Source: Ancylonema sp.
Lineage: Eukaryota
Assembly: GCA_050230475.1 (NCBI GenBank)
Contig: JBFLGF010000119.1
Coordinates: 1 to 64,000, forward strand
Direction of reading: 5' to 3'
DNA length: 64,000 nt
A program made the translations under genes and the position numbers. A model generated the notes under the pieces. That model saw only the letters and a program-made list of their open reading frames with translations. It ran no database searches and was not told the origin of the DNA. This document shows positions 39,064 through 52,893 of this stretch, one piece after another (position 1 is the stretch's first letter; each line of letters begins with the position of its first letter).

Positions 39064-41286
39064 CCGTACTGGCCATACATAATGACTCGCAAATAATTAC
39101 TGAAAGGGTGGGTCGGGTCGAATTGAATAATCCATTTTTTGGGGTCACGCCATAAATTCCGAAATCCGGCGTAGTGGGTCAACATCATAAAATCGATTTT
39201 ATTCGTTTTTTCCCCTCAAAATACATATCTGGTTGGATCCCGGTCGCCCAATATTCAATCTTGGTTTGGTAGCGGCCTTATCGATAGTCTTTGGTGTCCT
39301 TCTCTCAAATTTATGGGGGGAAATGGACATTTCGGGGAATAAATAAGGTGTGCATTTTTATTGTATTTTTGCACCATGGACAAGCCAACATAATAATCAC
39401 CCTAGAGTTTCCAGATTTTTGAACGACGATACACCTTTCAAAATCCCGAAAAGTGTGGAAATATCGAGAAACCGGAAGCATGCGGATAGTTCCACACACT
39501 CACTTACGACTCACTACTCACTACGCACTACTCATACTCTATCACTTTCTACTCTTCACTACTCTTCCACTTCATCCTTCTCATCCTCGTCGCTCTCTTC
39601 CCCCTCTAAATCCATCAACTAGACGTGTAAATCGTGTTCCCCGCCCTTCTTCCCCCCCCCTCCATCTCCTCGTCATCCACAGTGACCTCGTCCACCCTCT
39701 CCTTCCCGTTGCGTTTCGTGGCTTCCTTCACCTTCTCCTTTCGATGGATTTCGATTTCGAAAAGATGAAGCGAATTTCTTGGCATCATACTCCAACTTAT
39801 TTCCGGCATCTGCTTTTTGTTCACGCATTACTACTTTCAAAGCATTCGCCTTTATCTCATCAGGATCTCTCAGAATAAGTGTGTCAAACGGTCCTCTTTG
39901 CATGACGATCGGCGACAAAGTCTAACAACACGATAGTGGACTCACACTCTCTCTTCACATCCGACAGTCTGCTGCGGTCTGCAGGGTCGCAATCTAGAAC
40001 CAACAGCTTACCGCACCAACATAAGGATTTTGAACAAAAGTGAAGGGATGAACGGCGAATAAACTTGAGATCAAGAAAACTAAACGTTTTTAAAGTGTAA
40101 AGTGAACGGATGAACGGTGAATATATTTGAGAGGAAAGAAAGTGAACGGTTTTTTTAGTGAAAAGTGAACGGATGAACGGCGAATAAATTTGAGATGAAG
40201 GAAAATTAACGGGTCTTTTTGTGCAAGTTGAACGGATGAAGGCGAAATTGGAGATGAAGGAAAGTGAACGGATGTTTTAGTGTAAAGTGAACGGATGAAC
40301 GACGAATCGATTTGATAAAAAGGAAAGTGGACGGGTTTTCTGGTGTAAAGTGAACGGATGAACGGCGAATAAAGAGAACGGAATTTTAAATGTTAAGTGA
40401 ACGGTATAGTGAAAAGAAAATCCAGAGTAATCAGAAGAAAGTTGACGGCCGAAAGTTACCCCCCAAGGGTTCACATTATTAGTACGATACTGGTGCGGTA
40501 AATTGCAAGTTGTTTTGGGGTACCGTCCCGGCCAGATTCAATGCCCACCCTACCCCCAACGGAAATAATAATCTAAAGACCCCGCAATCCGCCCACCCCT
40601 AAGCATTTAATTTTTAAGCCCCAACAATTCGCCCACCCCTTCCCGGCGATCGATTTTCTCACATATGAGCCACCCTCCTACTGGTTAAATTAGCTCCTAA
40701 AAACCATAATAATGCTGTAAATGTCAGAAGATCTATAATATTCGTCACATAATCTTTCATATTTTGTAGAAACCCGGGCTAGACGGACGCTATTCCTCTA
40801 GTGGATCATCCACCTCCATTATGTCGTGTCTATCGTATTCAGTATTTTGTAAATTGGCGCACGGGTCTGGTCGTACACAAGCTCTTGCGGGACATGAATC
40901 TCGCACGTATGTTCCGTACAATCCGTACATAAACTTGTGCCAAACCTTGCAATTGGCGGTCGGTTGTATAATTTTATAGTAACGGATAAAGACCTAGGCT
41001 TGCTCCGAAAACTAGGAATTACGTGACTTCAGGTCCCGGGAGCGATCTCAGTTTAATATTTACGACCCGGACGTTGGACCCAACGGCAAGTTGGTAACTA
41101 ATTTTCGGGTCCTTAAATCTGACGATATATCATTTTACTTCCCTGTTCACTATTTTTTTTCTTTCTAACCCGGGTCATTATTTTGGGTCACGGGATAAAA
41201 AGTAATAAGATCGGGTCAAGATGGTAAGTCACCGCAAAAAAATTGTTATTTTTGTAAATCCGGGTCACTATGTATGGTCAGTACGG
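39064..41286 (-). mobile_element. Tc1/mariner-type non-autonomous element (2.2 kb) with CCGTA termini and an internal tandem array
   Basis: TIR CCGTACTGGCCATACATAATGAC / GTCACTATGTATGGTCAGTACGG with TA on both sides. ~60-bp AAGTGAACGGATGAACGGCGAAT repeats at ~40040-40410. Confidence 0.85.
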
Positions 41287-42267
41287 TACATCAAAATCAT
41301 GTATTAATTTGCTATTGGAAAATATTCATAAGCACATTGGCATCGATTAATGCGCGGCTTAAAAGTCAGGGCTTGGGCGCAAATTGTAATGTAAGGTCAA
41401 ATGTGGCATAGACAAAAGGGTTTTTTTTTTTGGGAAAGCAGTTGCGAGATGGAAATGTTCTGGAACCGGACAAACCGAGAGATTTATAGGGTTATACTCT
41501 TTACCGCGGTATGACATATTTTTCCCTCCCGAAAAACGTCCGCGGAGGGATATATTTGTGAATGTTCATAATAATAATTCCTCGTCATTTTTACCCACTA
41601 AAATTGTGAAAAAATAATCGGAAAAGTATGGCGCAGCTATTGATAGTTTCAATTTGCTTTATTTCGCGCCATGGCAGAACGTGGTGCATTTTCGTTGGCA
41701 GAAAACAGCACATAATCTTCCATTCTGTTTTTTTTTTGGAGAAGGAAGGGATGTGAAAGGTAGGATAATTCAGTAGAAAAGTATAAATGGATTGCTGCAG
41801 ATATGAGTAGACAGTGCAACTATGAAATGTGGTATTAAATACGGAAGGGACGGTTTCTGCGCTGAGTGTATATACCGTTGATCGCTGAAGTGATCGATAA
41901 TTTTATGTACTGTTTAAGCTAAGTAAGCCCTTCAACTTATATGACTAGAATGTGATACACAACAATGTAAATAAACCACACTCATTCCCATTAACCAACT
42001 ACGAATCTTCAAAGAAACTTCACAACCCAGATTTCATACCCGTATTTCTTTGGTTCTTTTCTACTTAAATTTTCTTACATTTTTTTTCTTCAGTGAATTT
42101 CGTATTCGTTAGCAAGACAACCACACGACTTGCAAAACTCATAAAACGATCCCATCTCCTGCATTTTTTTTACACATTCAAAATTATCAACAAATTATTC
42201 TCTCACTATTCTCTCTACCCTTGCACAGCATTGCCACTACCTATATACATCTCAATATTGACCTCTC

Positions 42268-45200
42268 TCATGCGGACAAACTCAAGTTAGCCATGGTAGG
42301 GATCATGGAATCTGGTTGTACATCAACATCATCCACTTTCTTCTCAACGGCTTCATTGTTCTCTACCGTAAACTCAGGAGATATGACAAGATGCCCTCGG
42401 TCTGACATCTGCCCATTCCTTTCACTTGGAGGATGCAGAGACGACTCTTGGGAGGCAGATTCCTGCCAATGCAATTCACAAGGCACATTGTTAGGCATGC
42501 TTTCTTTTGAGACCACACTGTCTTCCACTGATTAACACTCATCGTGCTAAAATGTTCCGCAATGTCACATACATAAAGGTTCGCTTTTAGTACAAACAGT
42601 GGGGGAAGGAAGGTTAAAAAAACTGTTTTTTTTTTTTTTTTTTCTGAACTTCAGACTTTTTGTACTAATATGACTTGCAGCACATCATCGAAAAATACTG
42701 AAAATAAGATAACCTGTTTTTGAGGCGGATGCGGCAGTCCTCCCATCTGTCTTTGTCTCCTCTCTTGCATTTTGGTTTGCCGATCATCGTAGAAATAAAA
42801 ATCATCGAGAATGGATGTCTTGGCCTCATAGTTCTTGAAAATGGAGAGCATCTTCAATCCCTGCTCCAAACATACCTGTTGCCAAAGACACAGCGGAAAA
42901 TAGAACCAGGACTTAACACCGACAGGCGGAGAGGCGGAGGGGCGAAAAGGTAAAAACCAATAATATAGAGGTAAAGAAAGGTAACCGAGGTTCACATTTC
43001 TTGCATCATCATTCCCTCTCACACATACTTGGAAAAAAACACTGGTAGGAAACCAACCGAGGGACATGGAACTCCGTTCACGAATAGCCAGCATGTATTC
43101 CTTCATACAAAAGTCCCTCCAAAATTTTCCTCCGCTTTTCTCTCAATGTCACCTCCCTCCTATCTCCCTCCCTCCCTCCACCTGCTCCTCACCTCCTGCG
43201 TATCTCTGCTGTTCGTGACCGCCTTATTCTCATTATTTGCGAGTCTGATCTCTCGAAAGTTTCCGTTGGGCACGTCTTTGATCATGTGCCACCTCACCGC
43301 GAACTGCCCCGTCCACTTGTCCTGCTGCCAGTGGGCGCAGCTGCGGGTGGAGTCCAGGGGGCCACAAAGCTCAGCCACCCCGCAAAACTGGCCGGAGGCG
43401 TTCACCTGACGGGGAAACATTTTGGGAGTCGGGGTCAGTAAAAGAGACAAGACGAGTTACACCTCAACGTATTTACTGATTTTAAATGAGAAAATATGCT
43501 TCGATGATGACCATGTCCGGAGGAGAAAGACACCATTCACAGGTGGTGTACTCTGAGTGTGAAGGTACGGAAGGATACGAAACTTTCCAATTTCACACTA
43601 AAAGTTGATGATAGTGTGAAACGCACTCGTTCTACATCTACAGTACCTTTGCAATACGATTCTCAGATGGAGAAAAAACATGAAGAGAAGGGGATCTCTT
43701 TGCTTAGATTCTGAGAGTCCCATTCCCTCCTCACCGAATAGAAGAGAAAGATCGGGCAGGCAGGGCTCTTGGACTCAGTTTCCTGACCACTCCCTACAGT
43801 CCCCTGCGCCACCTTATAAGCACCATCCAGTTTCAGGTTCCCGCTCTCAGTGCTCGCCCACACTTTGTACTTAATCGATTGGTGGATGTCGTCTTCGCTA
43901 TAACTCTTGATCACGAAAAACTTGGCGGCCTCATACGTGTTCGGAAAATGTTCCAGATTGTACTCCCCAGGATCCACCCCACTGGGCAACACCCCCTGGG
44001 GTGCCTTCTCCCCCCTCCCTCTCTGGGTTCTAGGGCCTCTGTTTTGTTCAGTTGCCAGATTATGGACGTGGGGAGGCGCATCCAAAGGCGGTATTCGACC
44101 CCTTCCCCTGCCGCCCCTGTCATAGCCCCCACCCCTTCTCCACCCCCGACCCCCCCCCCAGTACTGAAAGTACCCGTTGTTGCCGTTAGTACCCATACCC
44201 CCTCTACCCTGTCCGTTCCCCATGTACCCATACCCGCTGTGGGAACCCATCTGCGCGTGGACGAGTGGCAGACAGGAAAGACACGTGTGAGAGGCTGGTC
44301 GAGATCTGGGAGGAACGCGATCCTCCGACTTGGCTTGTGATTGGAAGAGTCTGCTGAGTTGGCATCAAGTTGCTGAGTTGGCAGCCTACCATTGGTGGCC
44401 GCACTCCGTTGAAGCCCTGATACCCGAATGCTCCTCTTCTCCGCCCACCTCCATCTCCCACCCCATTCCCTCCCGCCAACTGTCGAGACGGAGGCCCCCC
44501 ATTGGATTCAAACATATGAGACATGGGAGCAGATCCCCGATCCCCTCCTCTGCCTGATGCTGTTGCTGGAGAAACGTGTGGTTGGAGTTGGGGTGGGAAG
44601 GGGAAAGGCTGTGGGGCGTAGAAGTGGCCATCCGCCCCCATGGGGGGGGAGGGGGGGTAGGGAGAGTAGGAGCCGGGAGAGGGGTAGGGGAAGGCTGGGG
44701 GGGAGTGGATGAACACCTGGGAGCCATCAGCCGCATAGGAACCTGATACCTGCAGAAAAGGGCACCAGACAACATGGCTTAGGGCTTGTGGATCATGGCT
44801 CATGGCTCATGGTGCATGGCTCATGGTTGATACACGCAGTGTAGCCCTTACGGAGAGAGCAGAAACGATCACATCAGTAGAGATCAAAGAAGATAGCCAG
44901 GTCCGACACCCCTCCTAACTTTATTTAGTTGGTTAGCTGGCATGATTTTGACTTCCAATCTTCCAGCGGTGCCGAACCACAGGACAGGTGACAGGTGACA
45001 GGGCTTGCTTGGGACCCGTTTCTCTTCCTCAAGAGTTACAATTACCTGCTGCTGCTGCGGTTGCCCCTGTCCATCTAAGCCCCCCGCACCCGTCGCTCTC
45101 ATGTATTCCCATTGGTCTGGAGTGATTGGCTGTGGAGTAGCCACATACCCTGCTAGGCAAACAAGGCATCGCTTTCCTTTCAGCGCTTGGCACTAGCTGC

Positions 45201-45693
45201 CTTTGATTTGAGGCTTGTGCACATTTGGACAGCCTCAGAATTCATTCGTTGATCCATTTGTATAAGAAGAGGCATACTGCAAACTGAGCGTATCCGCAAC
45301 TCACCTGCTGAGTTGTAGGGGTAGTAGTATGGCGCGGAATAGCCATTTCCCGGGTAGTACACCACAGAGTCCCCTTGAATGCCGGATTGGAAGGGAACAG
45401 TTGATGGTTCGACTCCGTTCTTTCCTGACATTACTTTTGCCACATTCTGCCCCAAATTCCGCAAGTACATATTTTCAGTATTTGCGACGTAATGAATTGA
45501 ACAACCACACCTACAACAATCAGGAAAGCATGTAAAACAGGTGCGGAATCCGTACAAGGTTGCGAGGGCAACTAGAGTCCCGGACCAACTCCAACTATAC
45601 AGCTATGGTGGAAGAGCTGCGGGGGATCTACCTTAGACGCAGGCAGGGTACCAACGTTAGCGGCACTTCTGTCTTCATTCTTTGTTGGCACTT
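42268..45693 (-). CDS. ECT: YTH-domain m6A reader, ECT/YTHDF type; multi-exon, N- and C-terminal exons uncertain
   Basis: [87 protein letters not shown]-rich N-terminal region with RGG repeats. Aromatic-cage Trp residues are intact. Confidence 0.93.
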
Positions 45694-47142
45694 CTGGACA
45701 ATTCTTGAGTTAAGAGTGACTACATTTGCGACATGATGTGGAACATTGATCAAAGAGAGGTTAGAAACGTTGACATCGCCCTATATCAAGAGTGGTTCGT
45801 AACGAATTGGAAACCGAGACTGTGATTCAGTGACAACACTTGTGCTCTTCTGTACGCCTTCAAACTCACGCCCTGTCATCAATTGGCTAATCAACGTCGT
45901 GCATATGTATGTAAGGAAGTGTGCGTATGCAGAGCAGTTTGACCTCGCGAAAACTCTAGCATATCTGGCAAGTCCCACTAGTCAGAAGAGAAACAGAGTG
46001 CGGCACAGTGATGTTGCACGAGATAGATCTACCATGACTACATCTGTCGACTCTGTACGATGCAAATAATGGTTGCAGAAGTACATGCCAATGTGCATGA
46101 GATGCAAAACACATTTCGTAATCTCTTGAAGCTATTACCCCACCGTATCCTACCCCACTACTGAGAATTATTGACAGAGTCGTTATCGACATATGAAGTT
46201 GGATGGCACTACGCCACAACCTAGTGCAGATCTGACGTCTGATGTAAGGAAGAAGAGGGCAAATCGCACACGTCTGCGCAACACGGAGCTGTAAACATTC
46301 CTGTTCTACTGTAAGAGACAGGAGACTGTCAATCATTAGTGCGAAAATTCGGTTTACGAGCTTGATGGCAGAGAGGATACGTTTCTCATGATGCCCGATT
46401 GGCACGACTCCCATCATTCCGATGAATAAATTTATTTGAAATAAAGGTAAGTAGACAAATACAAAAAAAGACTGGGTAGCTAAATTGCTTTAAAATTACC
46501 TTCAGCTACCTAATCCTGCCTTCATCTGATTGTCAGTCTGTAAGCTCCCAAACCTCCTTCTCTCTGCACACCATCCACCTGATTTTGGTGCTGTGCGGGA
46601 ATACAGACAGCTCAGAACTACGCCATCGTACTCCTCCCACATCTCGATGTACGACTTAACTTGCAGATGTCCGTCATTCAGCCTAACTGCTGACAACGTG
46701 GAGACATTTGGGTCACCTGCACCAGGTCCCGTGCCACGTGTTACGCTCAAGTACTGCCGCATCAACCGTCGCCGTGGACTTCGCTAGATATTCCTGCTCT
46801 CTGAACTCACGCGGTGGCTGAATGAAGTCCAACCACACAAGAGGACCTCATACCCTCGGGTCCAATAGCACTGGTTCTCGTTCTGCATCCTTCGAATCGC
46901 CACGTCAATATATAGCAGGTCGGTTGACTTCTAACATTTCTTCAAGAGGATGACGTCGAGTTCGCAGAAGCGCCGAGTCATATTTGCTCATATTAAGGGA
47001 GGCTCTTTCACCTGTCAGAAGTGACGGGGACCGTCGATACGGTCCGAAATGACTTGGTCGCTTGTGAGGCGTCAATTCTTTAGTAAGGCCGAATTTGTCT
47101 GTGCGACGTGGCCCCTTCTGAAGCCTCAACCGTTGGTCAAAT

Positions 47143-48439
47143 CATAGTTGGCCCCGCCCCGGGCGGGGTATTTTCCGCCCAAGGCGAGCTCGCCCGGGGC
47201 GATACACGGGGCGAAATTAGCGGGGCGGGGCCATAGACCAAAATACCAAAAAAAAAATAAATGCCGCATTGCGGAGATGGCTGGTTTTGTCCGAAACCGA
47301 CTTCTTGCACAATGTGCACCATACGCCACAAATCCGACATCATCTAATGTCACCCATGAGTCTGTTGGAAAAACAATTAATGCCTAAGTATGCATTTAGG
47401 GCCCTTGGGTGGCTTTAGGAATAATAGTGTGCCTACAGCGAGTTGGTGACGTTGTATCGGGGTATTGCGGGTGGTTTGTGTGGCTTGACTCAATAGTCGT
47501 GTTGTGTGTACGAAGCCGGCAATGTGTTGACCTACTTGTACGGGCCGGAAATAGTTAGCATGACGTGGGAGCCGGACGTAGTTAGCGTAAGATGTGGGCC
47601 GACCGTTATTCGGCAAGCCGGCCAATAGGGTGTGATGTTTTCTAGGCGACTATAAGCGGGTCATTTTGTACCACTCAAACTAATTCATCACTACGCTCTC
47701 AATCGACCAAGTGTCACCGTGTGAGTGCGTTTGTGCCTCGTAATGTGTCCGCGCACTTCGTTGAATTCAATATTTGTTGTGTGAGAAAATCTTGCAAGTC
47801 GAGTTTGGATTGGTCCCTGATGGACGATTCAACAGAGTCCGACTCCGTGGCGTGGTGTGGTATGACGCAATAAAAAAATAAGGAGAATGGGGCACCCCCC
47901 AAAGCGACTGCGGGCACCCCCCTCCGACAAGCCCGAAGTCTCTCCATTTTTTTGACTCCACATTGATCGGAAAAAAAATATGTTTTTTTTTTAAATATCT
48001 ACTTCGTAGTCCCGTCTATAGTGCACAGCAAAAATATTTTAAATATCACGAAGCGTTTGGAAGCTATAATTTTTTGAACTTACCTTATTTTGAGGGAAAG
48101 ACTACGGGCCAGTCGGAGGGGGTGCCCGCAGTCGCTTTGGGGGGTGCCCGCAGTCTCTCCCAAAAAACAATAATAAAAATAAAAACTTGAAATACACGAA
48201 AGAATATTACAGGTTAAAGATGGCAGGCGTACTTAGTGTTATAAAAACTTGAATACTTGTCGGATTTGAATTTAAAAGGATGTATATGATCTACGTGGTC
48301 TTGGGGTCCTTTTATAAGACCTAAAAAAACCTCTTCGGCCCCGTCCCGGGCGGCAGTTTTTTCGCCCGTGGCGCCGCCCCGCGCGAGTCTGCCCGGGGCG
48401 AAAGGCGGGACGGGATTTGCGGGGCGAGGCCAACTATTA
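47143..48439. mobile_element. hAT-like non-autonomous element between the divergent ECT and GSH2 genes
   Basis: TIR TAGTTGGCCCCGCCCCG / CGGGGCGAGGCCAACTA; approximate 8-bp TSD GGTCAAAT/GTTCAAAT; internal inverted repeat ~47890-47935 / 48105-48150. Confidence 0.75.
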
Positions 48440-48805
48440 GTTCAAATTTCCCGGTCCTGGAGATCTAAGGATCGGGGAGCCCAAACTGGAGCCGGCAGCC
48501 CAAGTCGCAGCCCAAATAATGGGTTGCAACCCGGAAACTCACTAAAGACAAAAACAATGGCCTACAAGCTGGGCTGCGGACTCCGAGCCGGGCCAGGAGG
48601 TGCTATGTGGGCTGCGGGCTCCACAATTTTGGTAAGAAACATAAAATGTGTCGTAATATGAAGGTGCGCCGTTCTCGCTAGATGTCCGTCATATCGAGGG
48701 GCGACTGTACAGAGGTTTGACTGAAGTTCAAAATTACACCGGAACTCTCGCCTAATTCTCGCTTCTGCACTAAGAGCTGACAGGGTCGGAGGGGAGATCA
48801 AGAAG

Positions 48806-51800
48806 ATGGACTCACAAGCTGATGCACCACGCGCCTGGTAGAGGAGCGCCAGCATCGATCCAGCATAGTGCATTTTGCACTGTCTGAAGATCATGCAGCA
48901 TCTACCACTGAACTGCATGTTTTCCTATTTGAGCGGCAATAGTTCAGCCTCTACGAGTCATAGTGGACGTTTCGAATCTTCTAGCTGGTGGAACAAGACT
49001 TGTTATTTAGAAACATTACCAGTGGCCGGATTCGGTTATGAAATTGAAGGGAGCCTTGCGAAACATCAGATTTTGAAGGCCGAATGCTTTCCGTCTCGAC
49101 CTCTTGGGATTGATATGTCTCAAAATAGTGAAACAGATGCAGCACAGGCGTGTTTGAAATTGAAAGCCTCAAGCTCGTCCCTTTCTGTCACATCTCCCAA
49201 GCTCCTGACAGAAAATAGCCAGAGCCACCAGAATATTGATGACTTGGCAGCCGATGCTCTCGCATGGGCGACGCTAAATGGATTGGTGGTCGGAGATCGG
49301 AGAATGGAGGTGCACTATTTTACCCATATATGCTACTGATAGTTGAATTTACCGGCTCGGCTGCACTGCATTTATAGTCCTCGTAAAACTGCCAAGGCAG
49401 CTGGTTTGGTCGCCACATTATCACATGCATTTTTGTCGTGATGAAAGCATTATTGGTTTTATGGCAGGGATCAGGTGGCAGTCCAGGTACTGGTCTGGTG
49501 CATGTACCCCTCTCCCTCTTTCCAACGCCTTTTCCAAAGATACTCTTTGAGCAAGCCGTGGAGCTAGCAGTCCACTTTAATGGTCTGACAGACGCTGTGA
49601 GCCAAGATTCAGCGTTTCTGCGGGACACATTGTCAAGGTAATTATTGTGAGATGCAGCTAGCTACTCGAGCCGTGGATCAAGGCTAGAGAGGTTGACTTT
49701 TGTTGTCCTTTGAGCTTCTCAATTTTTGAACTTCGGTCCAGGAATCTATTTTGATTGTTTCCTTTCACTTCTGCGTGCCTCAACGTGTTGCAGTCCTTAT
49801 TTGATGCAGAGCGAGTAAATCAGACACCTTCACCGCTGGCTTACTGGACATCCATGATAAGATAACTGTCGAGGGCATCTCACAGGTACAACAAAAATGC
49901 ACGCACTGTAAACTGACAGGATTTCAGTGAAAACTGGACAGGATCCTTGTCTATCACTGTTTTTGGCGCTCGTATCTTACTAGTGTTGTATGGCCCAAAT
50001 ACATGGAACCTCCTGCAGGATCTTTTTTCGTTTTTTAAAACCTTTCCATCAAAACGTATCTTTTTTTTTTGTGATATTTCAGAACTTATGATCACGTCAC
50101 CTCGCCAGTGACACGGCTTTAAGTTCTGGTTGCAGGACATGAGACTGGGGATGCTGCGTTCAGACTACATGATTGATACAGCGACAGGAGATTTGCTACA
50201 AATTGAGCTCAACACAATGTCCGCCTCCTTCCCTGGCTTATCCCCCCTTGTAACAGGCCTTCACAGGTGTGTATACGCACTCCTTTCTTCCTGTATGCTG
50301 AGCCATGGTTACATTATTGTGTGGTCATTTGAGCCTGTGTTCAAAGCAATATATGTCAGTGGTTTACTTGTCTGGTTGCAAAGGTACTCCGCTTTTCCTT
50401 TGTGATTTATTGTAGACTCCACCGTAATACAGATATGTCATTAGCAAGGCGAAGCATGATGGCGACAGCCCGGATGTCAGCAGCTTACCTGCAAATGATT
50501 CTTCTTCAGCATTGGTGGACGCAATTGCTCTAGCTTGGACAGCATACGAAAATGAGAGGTGACTGTTCCTTGTGTTTCACCAGCACCTGGGAACCTGTTG
50601 CCACCCATTCCGTGAAATGCCAGACAAAATTTTGGATTTGTTTCCGTGTCTTGAGTCGCATACGTCTTTGTGTCGGTTGCATACGTGCGAACATGTACTG
50701 TTCCCGAGTACTTCACGAAATTGACATAAACATACATACATTGCGGCTTCAGAACCTCCCCCCAATACCGACTGGACGCCCTCGTTGCTTACCTCACAGT
50801 GCAGTGGTGCTTATGGTCGTCCAAGATCCCGAGCGCAATCAGTACGACCAACACTGGATCACTGTGAAACTGTGGGAGGAGCACCGTGTCCACGTCATCC
50901 GAAGGACCCTTGCGCAGGTCCAAGCGCAGGGCAGGCTGGCAGATGACAGGTCGCTTCACATGTGAGTGCCAGCATGTCGTAGCTGCAGTCATCGGAGGGC
51001 ATTGGGTGTGTGTAGGTCATCGGTGCCTCTTTGCCTCACAGAATCGAGAGCCATTATATCTGCCGTCTGAACTGCCACTTTGCTCTGAGTATCCCAGAAA
51101 AGTCGTCACCCATCGCCCTATCCTATAACCTATAGCTTGTAGTCCAGGTTTGCCACTGCATTCTTTGATGCTGGCTCTGGTGCTTCTCTTGCAGAGGAAA
51201 TGAGTTGGTCTCAGTGGTGTATTTTCGAGCTGGGTATGGGCCTGCAGACTATCCCTCTGACCTGGTAAGGCTGGGCTACAGAGACGAGTTTAGTTGCATG
51301 TCGTGATTCGTTGGTTTGGTGTGCATGCGTTTTCTTCATTTGTGACCTTCTTTCTTCCATGTAGACGATTAGATTGTATGCCGGAAGAACATGACAACGT
51401 AGACCACTACTTTGTATGTCAGTCGGAAAAGATGGGAGATACTGTACTGGCACAGATAATGAATGATCCTCATATAATCATGAAAAGGGTGATTCAGGAA
51501 CTCAGAAAATACATCTTGGGTGCGCGGGTGGGTCAATTGTTGGATGATCAGTTTTTAAAACCCGGGCCATGCGTGGCTAGTACGGTACATTCATGTCTCA
51601 GGTATCAACAAGACGGTCCTTCTCTGGGCTCTTCCTCTCTCTGCAGGAGTGGCAGGCTCGCCTGTTGATGGAACGTTCTGTTGCCATCAAGTGTCCAACA
51701 GTGGCGTATCATCTTGCGGGAGCCAAGAAAGTGCAGCAGGAGCTGGCTCGTCCAGGTGTCTTGGAAAGGTGAAACTTTGAAATCTGAGCCCTGAAGCCCC

Positions 51801-52636
51801 CGCCCAAGCGAGCTGCAGGTGGTGTTGGTTGGTATCGCTCTCGCAAAACTTATGAGGTATGGTGGGGGGGGCTTTGTGCAGATTCGTATCAGACCCGGCA
51901 GCAGTGGCAAAGATGAGACGAAGCTTTGCCGGGCTTTGGAGTCTGGACGAGGATGAGAGCGAGGCAATTGTGAAGCAAGCCATGGCGAATCCAGAGGGCT
52001 TTGTATTGAAACCGCAGAGGGAGGGAGGAGGTGAGAGGGGCATTATGTTGTTGTATGCCCGAATAAGGGTACATTTTGTGTCTATTAGTATGAGATGGTT
52101 GAAGTGACCGCGTTTTCTGTGCACTGCTCATCTCATAGGCCTCAATGCTTTTTGATTCCAGGAAATAATATATACGGCCAGGATGTGAAGACAAAGCTGC
52201 AAGAGCTCACAAGTTCCGACAACGGCAATGAACTCTCGGCTTACATCCTCATGCAGCGGATCTTCCCTCCCATCCACCACTCCTACTTGTTGCGGGAGGG
52301 GGTGTGGCACTCTGCCAAAACGCTTGCAGAACTTGGGATATATAGCACTTATTTAAGGTCCGGCCGTTCAACATACCATTGTCTCATTATCCAGCTTAAT
52401 ACTTGTGTTGAGACTACGTTACGTGCAAACAGTTTCATCACAAAAGATGGAAGGCTCAAAACATGGAACATGGAAGTTAACTAGGGCTGTCTCTCCCTCT
52501 GGACTTGTGCAGGAACGGAAGCAAGGTGTTGTTGAATAGAGCTGCTGGACATCTGGTCAGAACGAAGGCAGCGGAGTCAGATGAAGGTGGAGTTGCAGCT
52601 GGATATGCCGTCCTCGATAGTCCCTATCTCACTTGA
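48806..52636 (+). CDS. GSH2: Glutathione synthetase, eukaryotic type; multi-exon, start uncertain (48806 or 49114)
   Basis: [126 protein letters not shown]. Confidence 0.96.
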
Positions 52637-52893
52637 GACTAGTGGCCTTCATGGTGTTAGACTGTTACCATAAATTGATGTATAAGTATGATTTTTTTTG
52701 GCTCGCAGCTTCACTACCATGTGGTTGTGAGCTTTGCTTTGGTTTATATTTCAGTAAGATCTGGTGGTGTATGAACGTTTCAGAAATGATCGTCTCTGGC
52801 ATTGCGTCATAGTATGTAGGAATGCTCTTCAAGGCGTAGAAGTCGAAAAAGAGAAAATAAAGTATGTTCATACATGCACTGAGTGGACATATA

